From Rhodothermales bacterium (GTDB lineage: Bacteria; Bacteroidota; Rhodothermia; Rhodothermales; VXPQ01): 13,627 bases of DNA. Shown piece by piece: positions 6,517 through 13,627 of this stretch. A program made the position numbers and the translations under genes. The stretch is from positions 1 through 13,627 of the forward strand of contig JBBDTI010000026.1 in NCBI GenBank assembly GCA_040904565.1, given 5' to 3'. Under the pieces are notes generated by a model. That model made no database searches, was not told where the DNA came from, and worked only from the letters and a program-made list of their open reading frames with translations. Position 1 is the first letter of the stretch, and each line of letters starts with the position of its first letter.

Positions 6517-7326
6517 CTACAGGTCGGAGACACCTTCCGGAATCGTGAGTGCGAAGCACGTGCCTCGATCGGAATCGTTGTGCGCGAGCTCTAGAGAAGC
6601 GCCATGCAGCCGCGCGATGCGTCGAGCAATGGATAGTCCGACACCGAGATTGTGGGCCTTCGTCGTGAAAAAAGGCATGAAGACCGTACGTCGCGCATCC
6701 GAAACATCGATCGTGCCTCGATTCCATACCTCGAAACGAATGAATTCGACCTGGGCGGCTGACTCTGATTCCGCTGACTCCGGATCGCGTCTATCTGAAC
6801 CGTCCATACCTGAACCGTCCATACCTGAGCCGTCGACCCGTAGCACGTCAGACGCTTCGGCGCAAAGACGAACGCCGGCACCCGACCGATCGGCTTCGAG
6901 TGCGTTCTGAACGAGGATAAGCAGAACCTGGCGCAGCAGAAAGGGATCTGCCAGCACCATGCGGCTCGCCGTTCCGTGCGACACGTCGACCGAAACGGCC
7001 GAGCAGCGATCTGTTTCGAGGGGAACGAAGAGATCGCGCAGGAGCTCGTCCACCCTGACGGGCAGCATGACGGGATGGAGCCGTTCACCATACAGCTGAA
7101 GGTCCGCCAGTATGCTTTCGATGCGTGCCGTGCCTTCCATGATCTTCATCGCCAGTTCCCTCTGGTCCGCATCTGAGAGCGTGTCATTGAGCAGATCCGC
7201 GAAGCCCTCGATCCCGGCAACGAGCCCGCGCAGCCGGTGCGCGAGCACGACCGAGAGGTGAGCCATGGACTCGTCCGGCTCCGTGGGATCAGGCCCTGCA
7301 AATTGTAGTGAAGCCTTCGTCGACAT
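6517..7326 (-). CDS. Cytoplasmic histidine kinase-like protein (HisKA + HATPase_c) with no sensor domain and degenerate motifs; probable partner of the downstream regulator
   Basis: LAHRLRGLVAGIEGFADLL (H-box), LVQNALEA (N-box), VFMPFFTTK (F-box), LGVGLSIARRIARLHG (G2), RGTCF. Start uncertain (7266, 7326 or 7482). Confidence 0.85.
   Translation of the reverse strand: MSTKASLQFAGPDPTEPDESMAHLSVVLAHRLRGLVAGIEGFADLLNDTLSDADQRELAMKIMEGTARIESILADLQLYGERLHPVMLPVRVDELLRDLFVPLETDRCSAVSVDVSHGTASRMVLADPFLLRQVLLILVQNALEADRSGAGVRLCAEASDVLRVDGSGMDGSGMDGSDRRDPESAESESAAQVEFIRFEVWNRGTIDVSDARRTVFMPFFTTKAHNLGVGLSIARRIARLHGASLELAHNDSDRGTCFALTIPEGVSDL
6795..6834. repeat. 15-bp in-frame tandem repeat (CTGAACCGTCCATAC x2.7) encoding DGSGM repeats
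   Basis: Exact copies at 6795-6809 and 6810-6824, plus partial CTGAGCCGTC at 6825-6834. Confidence 0.9.
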
Positions 7327-7530
7327 GGAATGTATCCCCAAGACGCATCCGGCAGAGCCGGAGGCGGATCGTTCGTAATAGGGTGTGCACGAATCCTCCA
7401 GGCGCCCGTGTGCGGTGGTATGGACTCTGTGCGGGCAGTACCCGGATTGTTTGCGGACGGCGTGATGCCGCACCGGGAGCATCTGCCTCGGTGCATCGCA
7501 CGGCAGCGGGCGCCGGTGGCCCGTTCAGGG

Positions 7531-7546
7531 GTCAAATCACATGCCA
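7531..7546 (-). promoter_or_regulatory. Candidate sigma54 promoter for the histidine kinase
   Basis: The - strand reads TGGCAT-GTGAT-TTGAC (strong -24; -12 is TTGA instead of TTGC). Confidence 0.45.
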
Positions 7547-7599
7547 GACGCCATTCGGCGCACACGGGCCCTGAAGCGCCGCGGACGGGGCGTTCGACT

Positions 7600-7612
7600 G
7601 GCAAGAATTTCC
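7600..7612. promoter_or_regulatory. GGCA-N5-TTCC site; candidate enhancer
   Basis: GGCAAGAATTTCC resembles the sites at 1875 and 1893 and lies between the divergent sigma54 motifs at 7531 and 7735. Confidence 0.4.
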
Positions 7613-7734
7613 ATCCGGCGCCGTTTTTTTCTGGCCGATGCCCCGGTCCAGATGCTTCGCGTCACAGGCGTACGAACATCTCATCCGGTCCCGCCTCCTT
7701 CAACGGGATCGGGCAAGACCCCGCGTCCTCTACG

Positions 7735-7750
7735 TGGCACGGAGGTTGTT
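7735..7750 (+). promoter_or_regulatory. sigma54 promoter for the flgB operon
   Basis: TGGCAC-GGAGG-TTGTT (perfect -24; -12 is TTGT), ~60 nt upstream of ATG 7809. Confidence 0.62.
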
Positions 7751-7808
7751 GCACGGTTACCACGACGGCCAAGATCAACCACACGCAGACCCAACCGCCG
7801 ACCTCGCC

Positions 7809-8147
7809 ATGGAAACCGATCAGCTCAAACTGCTAACGAATGCCATGCAGGCTTATGCCTGGCGATCGAAGGCTCTATCGAGCAACATCGCCAACCTCGA
7901 CACGCCCGACTATCGGCGTATGTCGGTCAAATTCGAAGAGTCCCTCCAGGAAGCGACACATCGCATCGACGGAGCCGAGCGCATGAGCGAGATTACACCC
8001 AAGATGCAGGTCGAAGACACGCCGCCCATCCTCGAAGACGAACTCATGGAGCTCGCCGACACGCAGATGCGAACGCAGCTTGCAAGCCGCGCGCTGCGCG
8101 AACATTTCGACCTCCTCCGAACCGGGATAACCGGCAATGCCGGATAG
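7809..8147 (+). CDS. flgB: Flagellar basal-body rod protein FlgB
   Basis: RSKALSSNIANLDTPDYRRMSVKFEESL and LEDELMELADTQMR..LLRTGI; start ATG 7809. Confidence 0.93.
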   Translation: METDQLKLLTNAMQAYAWRSKALSSNIANLDTPDYRRMSVKFEESLQEATHRIDGAERMSEITPKMQVEDTPPILEDELMELADTQMRTQLASRALREHFDLLRTGITGNAG

Positions 8148-8188
8148 CTTCACGCCCCTCTTCTCACCAATCAGCGTCATGATTAACG

Positions 8189-8686
8189 ATGCTCATTAAC
8201 CGACTCTTCGGCGTCTTTCGCAGCTCCGCACGCGGGCTTGAAGCCCAGCGTAAGGCCATCGCGACGGCGACCGAAAACATCGCCAACGCTTCGACCACTC
8301 GAACGGCCGACGGAACGCCCTACGATCTGAAGCGGGCCGTACATACCGGCTCCAACGAACGCTACAACACCTTTGCCCAGCTGCTCAATGAGATGGAAAG
8401 CGAGCTGGACGTCACCGATCCACGGCACTTCGAAGAAGCCTCGTTGTTTCGCGACTTCCCCGACGTCGACCTCGGACCAACGACGGAGATCCAGGCCGAG
8501 GAGCGCGTCCGTCTCGAATACGACCCGACGCACCCGCATGCCGACGAGAACGGCTACGTGGCCTATCCCGACATCAACGTGGTCGACGAGATGGCGCGCA
8601 TGATCTCCGCCAACAGGATCTACGAAGCGAATCTGTCGGCCGTGCAGTCCGCCAAAGAGATGATCAAACGAACACTGGAAATTTAA
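8189..8686 (+). CDS. flgC: Flagellar basal-body rod protein FlgC
   Basis: GLEAQR..ENIANASTTRT..GTPY and YDPTHPHADENGYVAYPDINVVDEMARMISANRIYEAN. Confidence 0.97.
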   Translation: MLINRLFGVFRSSARGLEAQRKAIATATENIANASTTRTADGTPYDLKRAVHTGSNERYNTFAQLLNEMESELDVTDPRHFEEASLFRDFPDVDLGPTTEIQAEERVRLEYDPTHPHADENGYVAYPDINVVDEMARMISANRIYEANLSAVQSAKEMIKRTLEI

Positions 8687-8719
8687 GCCCTTAGATCGCC
8701 AAGGACAGGCATATACCCT

Positions 8720-9025
8720 ATGAGTAACGGTATTTCAGGATACAATTCGGGAGGCGTCAACCCGTATCGGCAGATCGAGCGCCGCGGCGATCTCCAACCT
8801 CCGGCCCGCGGCGACGCCGCAAAGATCGAGTCGTCGGAAGCGTCTACCCGAAGCACCGACGTACGCATCGACCTCGGGTCCGACCTGACCGAGGCCGAAG
8901 CGGGTATGATCGATCGCAAGTTTCCGACGACGGAACGAATGCGCTTGCTGCTCTATGGGCCAGGCCGCGATCCCACCTCCGTCGATCCGGGGGCCCGTGG
9001 GCGGCAGCTGGATGTCCGCGGCTAA
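8720..9025 (+). CDS. Hypothetical 101-aa protein within the rod operon
   Basis: Fills the flgC-fliE gap on the same strand with spacers of 33 and 41 nt; ends in GRQLDVRG. Confidence 0.78.
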   Translation: MSNGISGYNSGGVNPYRQIERRGDLQPPARGDAAKIESSEASTRSTDVRIDLGSDLTEAEAGMIDRKFPTTERMRLLLYGPGRDPTSVDPGARGRQLDVRG

Positions 9026-9066
9026 GGCGCGACGCCTCTCCCCAACGAACGCATAACAGAATCGAC

Positions 9067-9369
9067 ATGACGATCGCCCAACTCCAGCGGCTGCAACAGT
9101 CCGCCCCGGACGAACCGCTCGCGCTACCCTCACCCGCCACTCCTGGAGGAGACAAGTTCAGCAATGCGCTGAAAAATGCCGTCGAGCGGGTCGACGGTGC
9201 CCAGAAGGCCGCGGACGGCCAGATCGAGGCCTTTGTTGCCGGCGAACAGGAGAACCTCCACGAGGTCGTCATCGCCATGAATGAAGCCAAGCTGTCCTTT
9301 CAACTCATGACGCAGGTTCGCAACCGGCTCCTGGAGACGTACCAGGAGCTCATGCGCATGCAGGTGTAA
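9067..9369 (+). CDS. fliE: Hook-basal body protein FliE
   Basis: FSNALKNAVERV, LHEVVIAMNEAKLSFQLMTQVRNRLLETYQELMRMQV. Confidence 0.97.
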   Translation: MTIAQLQRLQQSAPDEPLALPSPATPGGDKFSNALKNAVERVDGAQKAADGQIEAFVAGEQENLHEVVIAMNEAKLSFQLMTQVRNRLLETYQELMRMQV

Positions 9370-9418
9370 CGACGTCTAGTACGTACACGGACGATATCCT
9401 TTCTCGCGAACACGTGAC

Positions 9419-11041
9419 ATGAATCCCTTCTTTCAAAACGTTCAGGCCTTTCTCCGGCGATTATCGCCGGGTCAGAAACTCTCCCTCGGGCTCGTCGTCG
9501 TCGGAGGCGTCGGTATCATCGGTGCCATCGCGTTCTGGGCCGGACAGCCTAACTATGCCCTCCTGTTCGGCAATCTCGAGCCTGGTGACGCGAATCAGGT
9601 CGTCGAGGCCCTGCAGGCGGACGGCGTGAAATACGAAATCAAGAACAACGGTACCGCCGTCTACGTGCCGCGCGACGACGTCTACGAGCTTCGTCTCCGG
9701 TTTGCCGGAGACGGTCTCGTTTCCGACGGCCCCCTCGGCTACGAGCTATTCGACCGAGGTACGCTCGGGATGACGGACTTCATGCAGAAGCTCAATCTCA
9801 AGCGAGCGCTCGAAGGCGAACTCTCCCGGACGATCACGAACGTGCGACAGGTGGACGTAGCACGCGTGCACCTGGTCATGCCGGAGCGCAGCCCGTTTCG
9901 AGAGACCCAGGTTGAGCCCACTGCATCCGTAGTCCTAAAACTGGCCGGCAGCTCACGCCTTACGTCGGAGCAGATCGACGGCATCACCCAGCTTGTGGCC
10001 GGTGCGGTCGAAGGGCTCGCACCGGCAGACGTCACCGTGCTGGACACGCGCGGCAACATGCTGTCCAATCCCAATCAGGGTGACGCCGACGCCATCTCAT
10101 CCTCCACCCAGCTGGAGTATCAGCGATCCGTTGAAAAGCATCTGACGGACAAGGGGCAGTCCATGCTCGATACAATCGTCGGCCCCGGCAACGCCATCGT
10201 ACGGGTATCCGCCAATATCGACTTCAGCCGACGCGTCTCGGAGAGCAACGTGATCGATCCGGAAAGCGCGACCGTGATCGCGGAGGAGAGCATGGACCAA
10301 AACACGGGAGAGGATGCAGCCAATTCCTCCATCCGAAACTACGAGCTCAGCCGGACCGTCGAGCGGTCGGAGTCGGCGACGGGCCAGATATCCGACCTTA
10401 CCGTCTCCGTCATCCTGAACGACCGGCGTTTCGTCATCACGAACGCCGCGGAAGAGGGCGACGACGCGGAGAATCAAGCACAGGACGAGGTCGCCTACAC
10501 GGAAGCCGATCTGGCCGAGATCGAGGACCTCGTCAAGAATTCCGTCGGCTTTCAGCCGGCTCGGGGCGACCGGTTTGCGATCCACCAGACGAGCTTCGAC
10601 ACGAGCATCGACCAGCAGATCGCGAACGACATGCTGAGCCAGGAGCGGGACCGCCAGATGCAGCTCTACCTGCGTTTCGGCCTGATGGCCATCGCCCTGC
10701 TCGCCGCGCTGTGGCTCCTCCGCTCCGCCACGAAGAAGGTGCATATCGAGGGTGACGACCGCATTTACCTCGGGCGTCCGCTCGAGGCCAGAAGCCTGGG
10801 CCGGGGGCCGCAACAGGACCGCGCGAACCAGCTCGAAGCCCACGGCGCAGCCGAAGAGGAGGAGGACGACATCGTCATGGTCGACGATTTCTTTACGAGC
10901 AAGCTGTCTAAAGAGGCCAAGGCACGCCTGAAGGCCAAGCACCTCATGTACGAGGAGATCAAAGAGGCCGTAAACGACAACCCGGACAACACGGCGGATC
11001 TGTTAAGAAACTGGATGCTGGAAGACAACGTGCCGGGTTAA
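9419..11041 (+). CDS. fliF: MS-ring protein FliF
   Basis: N-terminal TM, YALLFGNL, GYELFD..LGMTDF, RALEGELSRTI, ARVHLVMPE.SPF, PTASV, NYEL, second TM, C-terminal LLRNWM. Confidence 0.97.
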   Translation: MNPFFQNVQAFLRRLSPGQKLSLGLVVVGGVGIIGAIAFWAGQPNYALLFGNLEPGDANQVVEALQADGVKYEIKNNGTAVYVPRDDVYELRLRFAGDGLVSDGPLGYELFDRGTLGMTDFMQKLNLKRALEGELSRTITNVRQVDVARVHLVMPERSPFRETQVEPTASVVLKLAGSSRLTSEQIDGITQLVAGAVEGLAPADVTVLDTRGNMLSNPNQGDADAISSSTQLEYQRSVEKHLTDKGQSMLDTIVGPGNAIVRVSANIDFSRRVSESNVIDPESATVIAEESMDQNTGEDAANSSIRNYELSRTVERSESATGQISDLTVSVILNDRRFVITNAAEEGDDAENQAQDEVAYTEADLAEIEDLVKNSVGFQPARGDRFAIHQTSFDTSIDQQIANDMLSQERDRQMQLYLRFGLMAIALLAALWLLRSATKKVHIEGDDRIYLGRPLEARSLGRGPQQDRANQLEAHGAAEEEEDDIVMVDDFFTSKLSKEAKARLKAKHLMYEEIKEAVNDNPDNTADLLRNWMLEDNVPG

Positions 11042-11129
11042 CCGCCGACGACGAACGATCTAAAAGTACGAGCGCCGAAAGATTGTGGTAGAGGAAGACG
11101 ACACAAAACAGGCAGGACGCGCGGCCAAG

Positions 11130-12161
11130 ATGGCCCACGCGGCGTACCTGAAGAATCTAACCCCCGCCAATATGACGGGGGCGCAGAAGTCTGCCGTGCT
11201 GCTGGTTGCGCTCGGCTCCGAGGCGGCTAGCTCCGTCCTCAAGAATCTGCGCGACGAGGAGGTAGAGAAGATCACGATCGAGATCGCGCGCCTGCGCAAC
11301 ATCTCGTCCGACGTGATCGAAGCCGTGCTTCTCGAATATCGCGACCTCACGATGGCGCACGACTACATGGCGCAGGGCGGCGTTTCGTTTGCGCGCGATG
11401 CGTTGCAGGCCGCCCTCGGCGGTCGTCGTGCGGAAGAGATTATGATGCGCGTCGAGGCGGCCATGGAGGTGTCCGCGTTCCACCTCCTCCAGACCGTCGA
11501 GACGAGCCAGCTCACCAACTTCCTGCAGAACGAGCACCCGCAGACCGCCGCCCTCATTCTAGCCCACCTGAATCCACGCAAGGCGGCCGACATCATCGGG
11601 GCGCTCGAGACGGATCACCAGCACGAAATCATGTACCGGCTCGGAACGATGAGCAAAACGTCGCCCGAGCTGCTCCGAGACATCGAGGACGTCATTCGCC
11701 AGCAGATCGGATCCGTCATCGGGACCGAGCTCAGCGCCACGGGCGGTGTCGAAGCCGTCGCGACCATCCTCAACAGCACGTCACGGCAGGCCGAACGGTC
11801 GATCATGGAAGCGATCCGAAGCCGCGATCCCGATCTGGCCGCGCAGATCAAAGGCCTCATGTTCGTCTTCGACGACCTCGGCCAGATCAGCGACCGCGAC
11901 ATGCAGCGCATCCTCATCGAGGTCGATCAAAAAGATCTCGCGCTCTCTCTCAAGGCGGCTTCGGAGAACCTCAAGGAGAAGCTGCTCAAGAACGTATCGG
12001 AGCGTGCGGCAGAAATGATCCAGGAAGAGATCGAGCTTCTCGGTCCGGCCCGCGTGAGCGACGTAGACGAGGCGCAGCGGCGGATCGTCGAAATCGCACA
12101 GCAGCTGGAGGAGCAGGAGGAAATCGTGCTCTCCCGCACGTCGGAAGATATGTTCGTCTGA
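11130..12161 (+). CDS. fliG: Motor switch protein FliG
   Basis: TGAQKSAVLLVALG, GG, EHPQTAALIL, MFVFDDL, NVSERAAEMIQEE and VDEAQRRIV; alternative start GTG 11085. Confidence 0.97.
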   Translation: MAHAAYLKNLTPANMTGAQKSAVLLVALGSEAASSVLKNLRDEEVEKITIEIARLRNISSDVIEAVLLEYRDLTMAHDYMAQGGVSFARDALQAALGGRRAEEIMMRVEAAMEVSAFHLLQTVETSQLTNFLQNEHPQTAALILAHLNPRKAADIIGALETDHQHEIMYRLGTMSKTSPELLRDIEDVIRQQIGSVIGTELSATGGVEAVATILNSTSRQAERSIMEAIRSRDPDLAAQIKGLMFVFDDLGQISDRDMQRILIEVDQKDLALSLKAASENLKEKLLKNVSERAAEMIQEEIELLGPARVSDVDEAQRRIVEIAQQLEEQEEIVLSRTSEDMFV

Positions 12162-12219
12162 CCGATCTGCACACCGTACGTCCGACTATACCGCATTATG
12201 ACACCAGTCCACCCCTCCC

Positions 12220-13101
12220 ATGTCCGTTGAGACAACCCACATCATCAAGGGCGACGACGTCGCCGCCACCCGGGCGGTGCGTCCGGATCCGTCCGTCTTG
12301 CTCGACACGCTCAAGATCCCCCGGAAGCACGTCCAGGTGACGGGTGCCGAGCGGGAGGAACGACCGGCGGCGCGCAAGACCCGCGTTCCCGGCGAGGAGG
12401 CGGATGTTTCGAACGAAACGATCGACATCGTCACGCGGGCACCCGAAAAACGGAAGTCTCCGGCACAGGACGGCACCCGGCAGCAGGTCGACGAAGAGGA
12501 TGCCCGCGAGCCGACGCTCGAAGAAGTCGAAGCCGAATGGGCGGAGCGCCTGGAGTCCGAGGTAGCGGCCGCCCGCGAGGATGCGTTTGCCGACGGGCAG
12601 AAATCGGTCCGCGCAGAAGCAAACGCTGAAATCGAGTCCGTTCACGAACGTTTCGCTGCAGAGCTCGATGCCGTCCGGAAGGCATGGGAAGACCACCTCG
12701 AAAATTCGCAGGTACGGCTCGTTCAACTCGCTTTCCGCATTGCCCGTGCCGTGCTGGACGCCCCCCTGCCCGACGACATCCGGCGCATCTCCGAGGCGGC
12801 CATTACGGATGCCGTCGAACGTATGGTCGACGGCGTACCCGTCGAGGTGGCCGTGCATCCCGTCACCTATCTCCGCTTTCAGGAATCCGGCCTCGAAGAA
12901 CGGCTCTCCGCAGTGCACAGCAAGCTCCGGTGGCATTCCGACCCGGGACTGAAGGAGAACGAATGGGTCGTGCAGTGTGACCGCTCCGCGATCCGGCGGC
13001 TGGAATCGGAGCTGCTCGACGAACTGCAGCGAGAGCTATCCGTGCGTGACGTCCACGCCGACGACCGTCACGACTCACCTGACGACGAATCCGCCAGATG
13101 A
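12220..13101 (+). CDS. fliH: Flagellar export protein FliH (divergent, long N-terminal extension)
   Basis: Located between fliG and fliI; AREDAFADG helix, LVQLAFRIARAVL, VAVHP and SDPGLKENEWVVQ resemble the FliH C-domain. Confidence 0.82.
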   Translation: MSVETTHIIKGDDVAATRAVRPDPSVLLDTLKIPRKHVQVTGAEREERPAARKTRVPGEEADVSNETIDIVTRAPEKRKSPAQDGTRQQVDEEDAREPTLEEVEAEWAERLESEVAAAREDAFADGQKSVRAEANAEIESVHERFAAELDAVRKAWEDHLENSQVRLVQLAFRIARAVLDAPLPDDIRRISEAAITDAVERMVDGVPVEVAVHPVTYLRFQESGLEERLSAVHSKLRWHSDPGLKENEWVVQCDRSAIRRLESELLDELQRELSVRDVHADDRHDSPDDESAR

Positions 13102-13627
13102 CTTTTCTCGAAAACGCCATACAGCGACTTGACGACGTCGAAATCGGACCCGCACGGTTCGGCAAGGTGCGCTCGGTCGTCGGCCTTCTCATCGAAGCCA
13201 GCGACCTGAATGCCGCCGTCGGCGAGCTTGTTTATATCCACGAAGGAGCATCACCCGACTCCCGTCGCATCAAGGCGGAGGTCGTCGGTGTACGCAGTGA
13301 TACCTCCATCCTGATGCCCCTCGAAGAAACGCACGGGCTCCGCGCCGGATGTCTCGTACGACGCTCCGCCCTCCCCCTGACGGTCCGCGTCGGATCGGCC
13401 CTGCTGGGACGCGTGATCGACGCAGGGGGCCGGCCGCTCGACGATAAGGGTCCGCTCGTCGTGCCCGACGAGCAGCCCGTTCACAACGAGCCGCCCTCCC
13501 CCCTGCGCCGTCAGATGATCAATACGGCCATGTTCACGGGCGTCCGCGCCCTGGACGCATTTACGACGCTTGGAAAAGGACAGCGTATCGGCATCTTCGC
13601 CGGGTCCGGTGTGGGTAAGAGTACGCT
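13098..13627 (+). CDS. fliI: Flagellar export ATPase FliI (partial, 3' truncated by window)
   Basis: ATG 13098 overlaps the fliH stop (ATGA); reads MTFLENAIQRLDD..GKVRSVVGLLIEA..AEVVG..LMP..LLGRVIDAGGRPLD..TGVRALD..GKGQRIGIFAGSGVGKST (Walker A). Confidence 0.97.
   Translation, partial: MTFLENAIQRLDDVEIGPARFGKVRSVVGLLIEASDLNAAVGELVYIHEGASPDSRRIKAEVVGVRSDTSILMPLEETHGLRAGCLVRRSALPLTVRVGSALLGRVIDAGGRPLDDKGPLVVPDEQPVHNEPPSPLRRQMINTAMFTGVRALDAFTTLGKGQRIGIFAGSGVGKST

Noticed and set aside
7616-7631. CGGCGCCG followed by T7, resembling a terminator
   Set aside because: The palindrome is too short to form a stem with a loop and no + strand gene ends here; more likely part of the enhancer or bending region.

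Overview
GC-rich bacterial flagellar gene cluster. The taxon is probably Rhodothermota/FCB-like, inferred from gene order, a short FliS and the general lack of Shine-Dalgarno motifs. Order: 3' end of flagellin (+); a four-hairpin intergenic region; an antisense GT2+TPR glycosyltransferase (-); fliS-fliD-fliT-like-flgM (+); a convergent sigma54 enhancer-binding response regulator and a sensor-less, motif-degenerate histidine kinase (-); then flgB-flgC-[101-aa unknown]-fliE-fliF-fliG-fliH-fliI (partial, +). A putative regulatory hierarchy can be read from the DNA: an extended -10 sigma70-type promoter for the activator, two pairs of divergent sigma54 promoters flanking GG(A/C)A-N5-TTCC palindromes, and a near-consensus sigma28 promoter for flgM. 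The most notable oddities are the structured ~200-nt flagellin 3' region, the possible pseudokinase, and the unknown gene between flgC and fliE.
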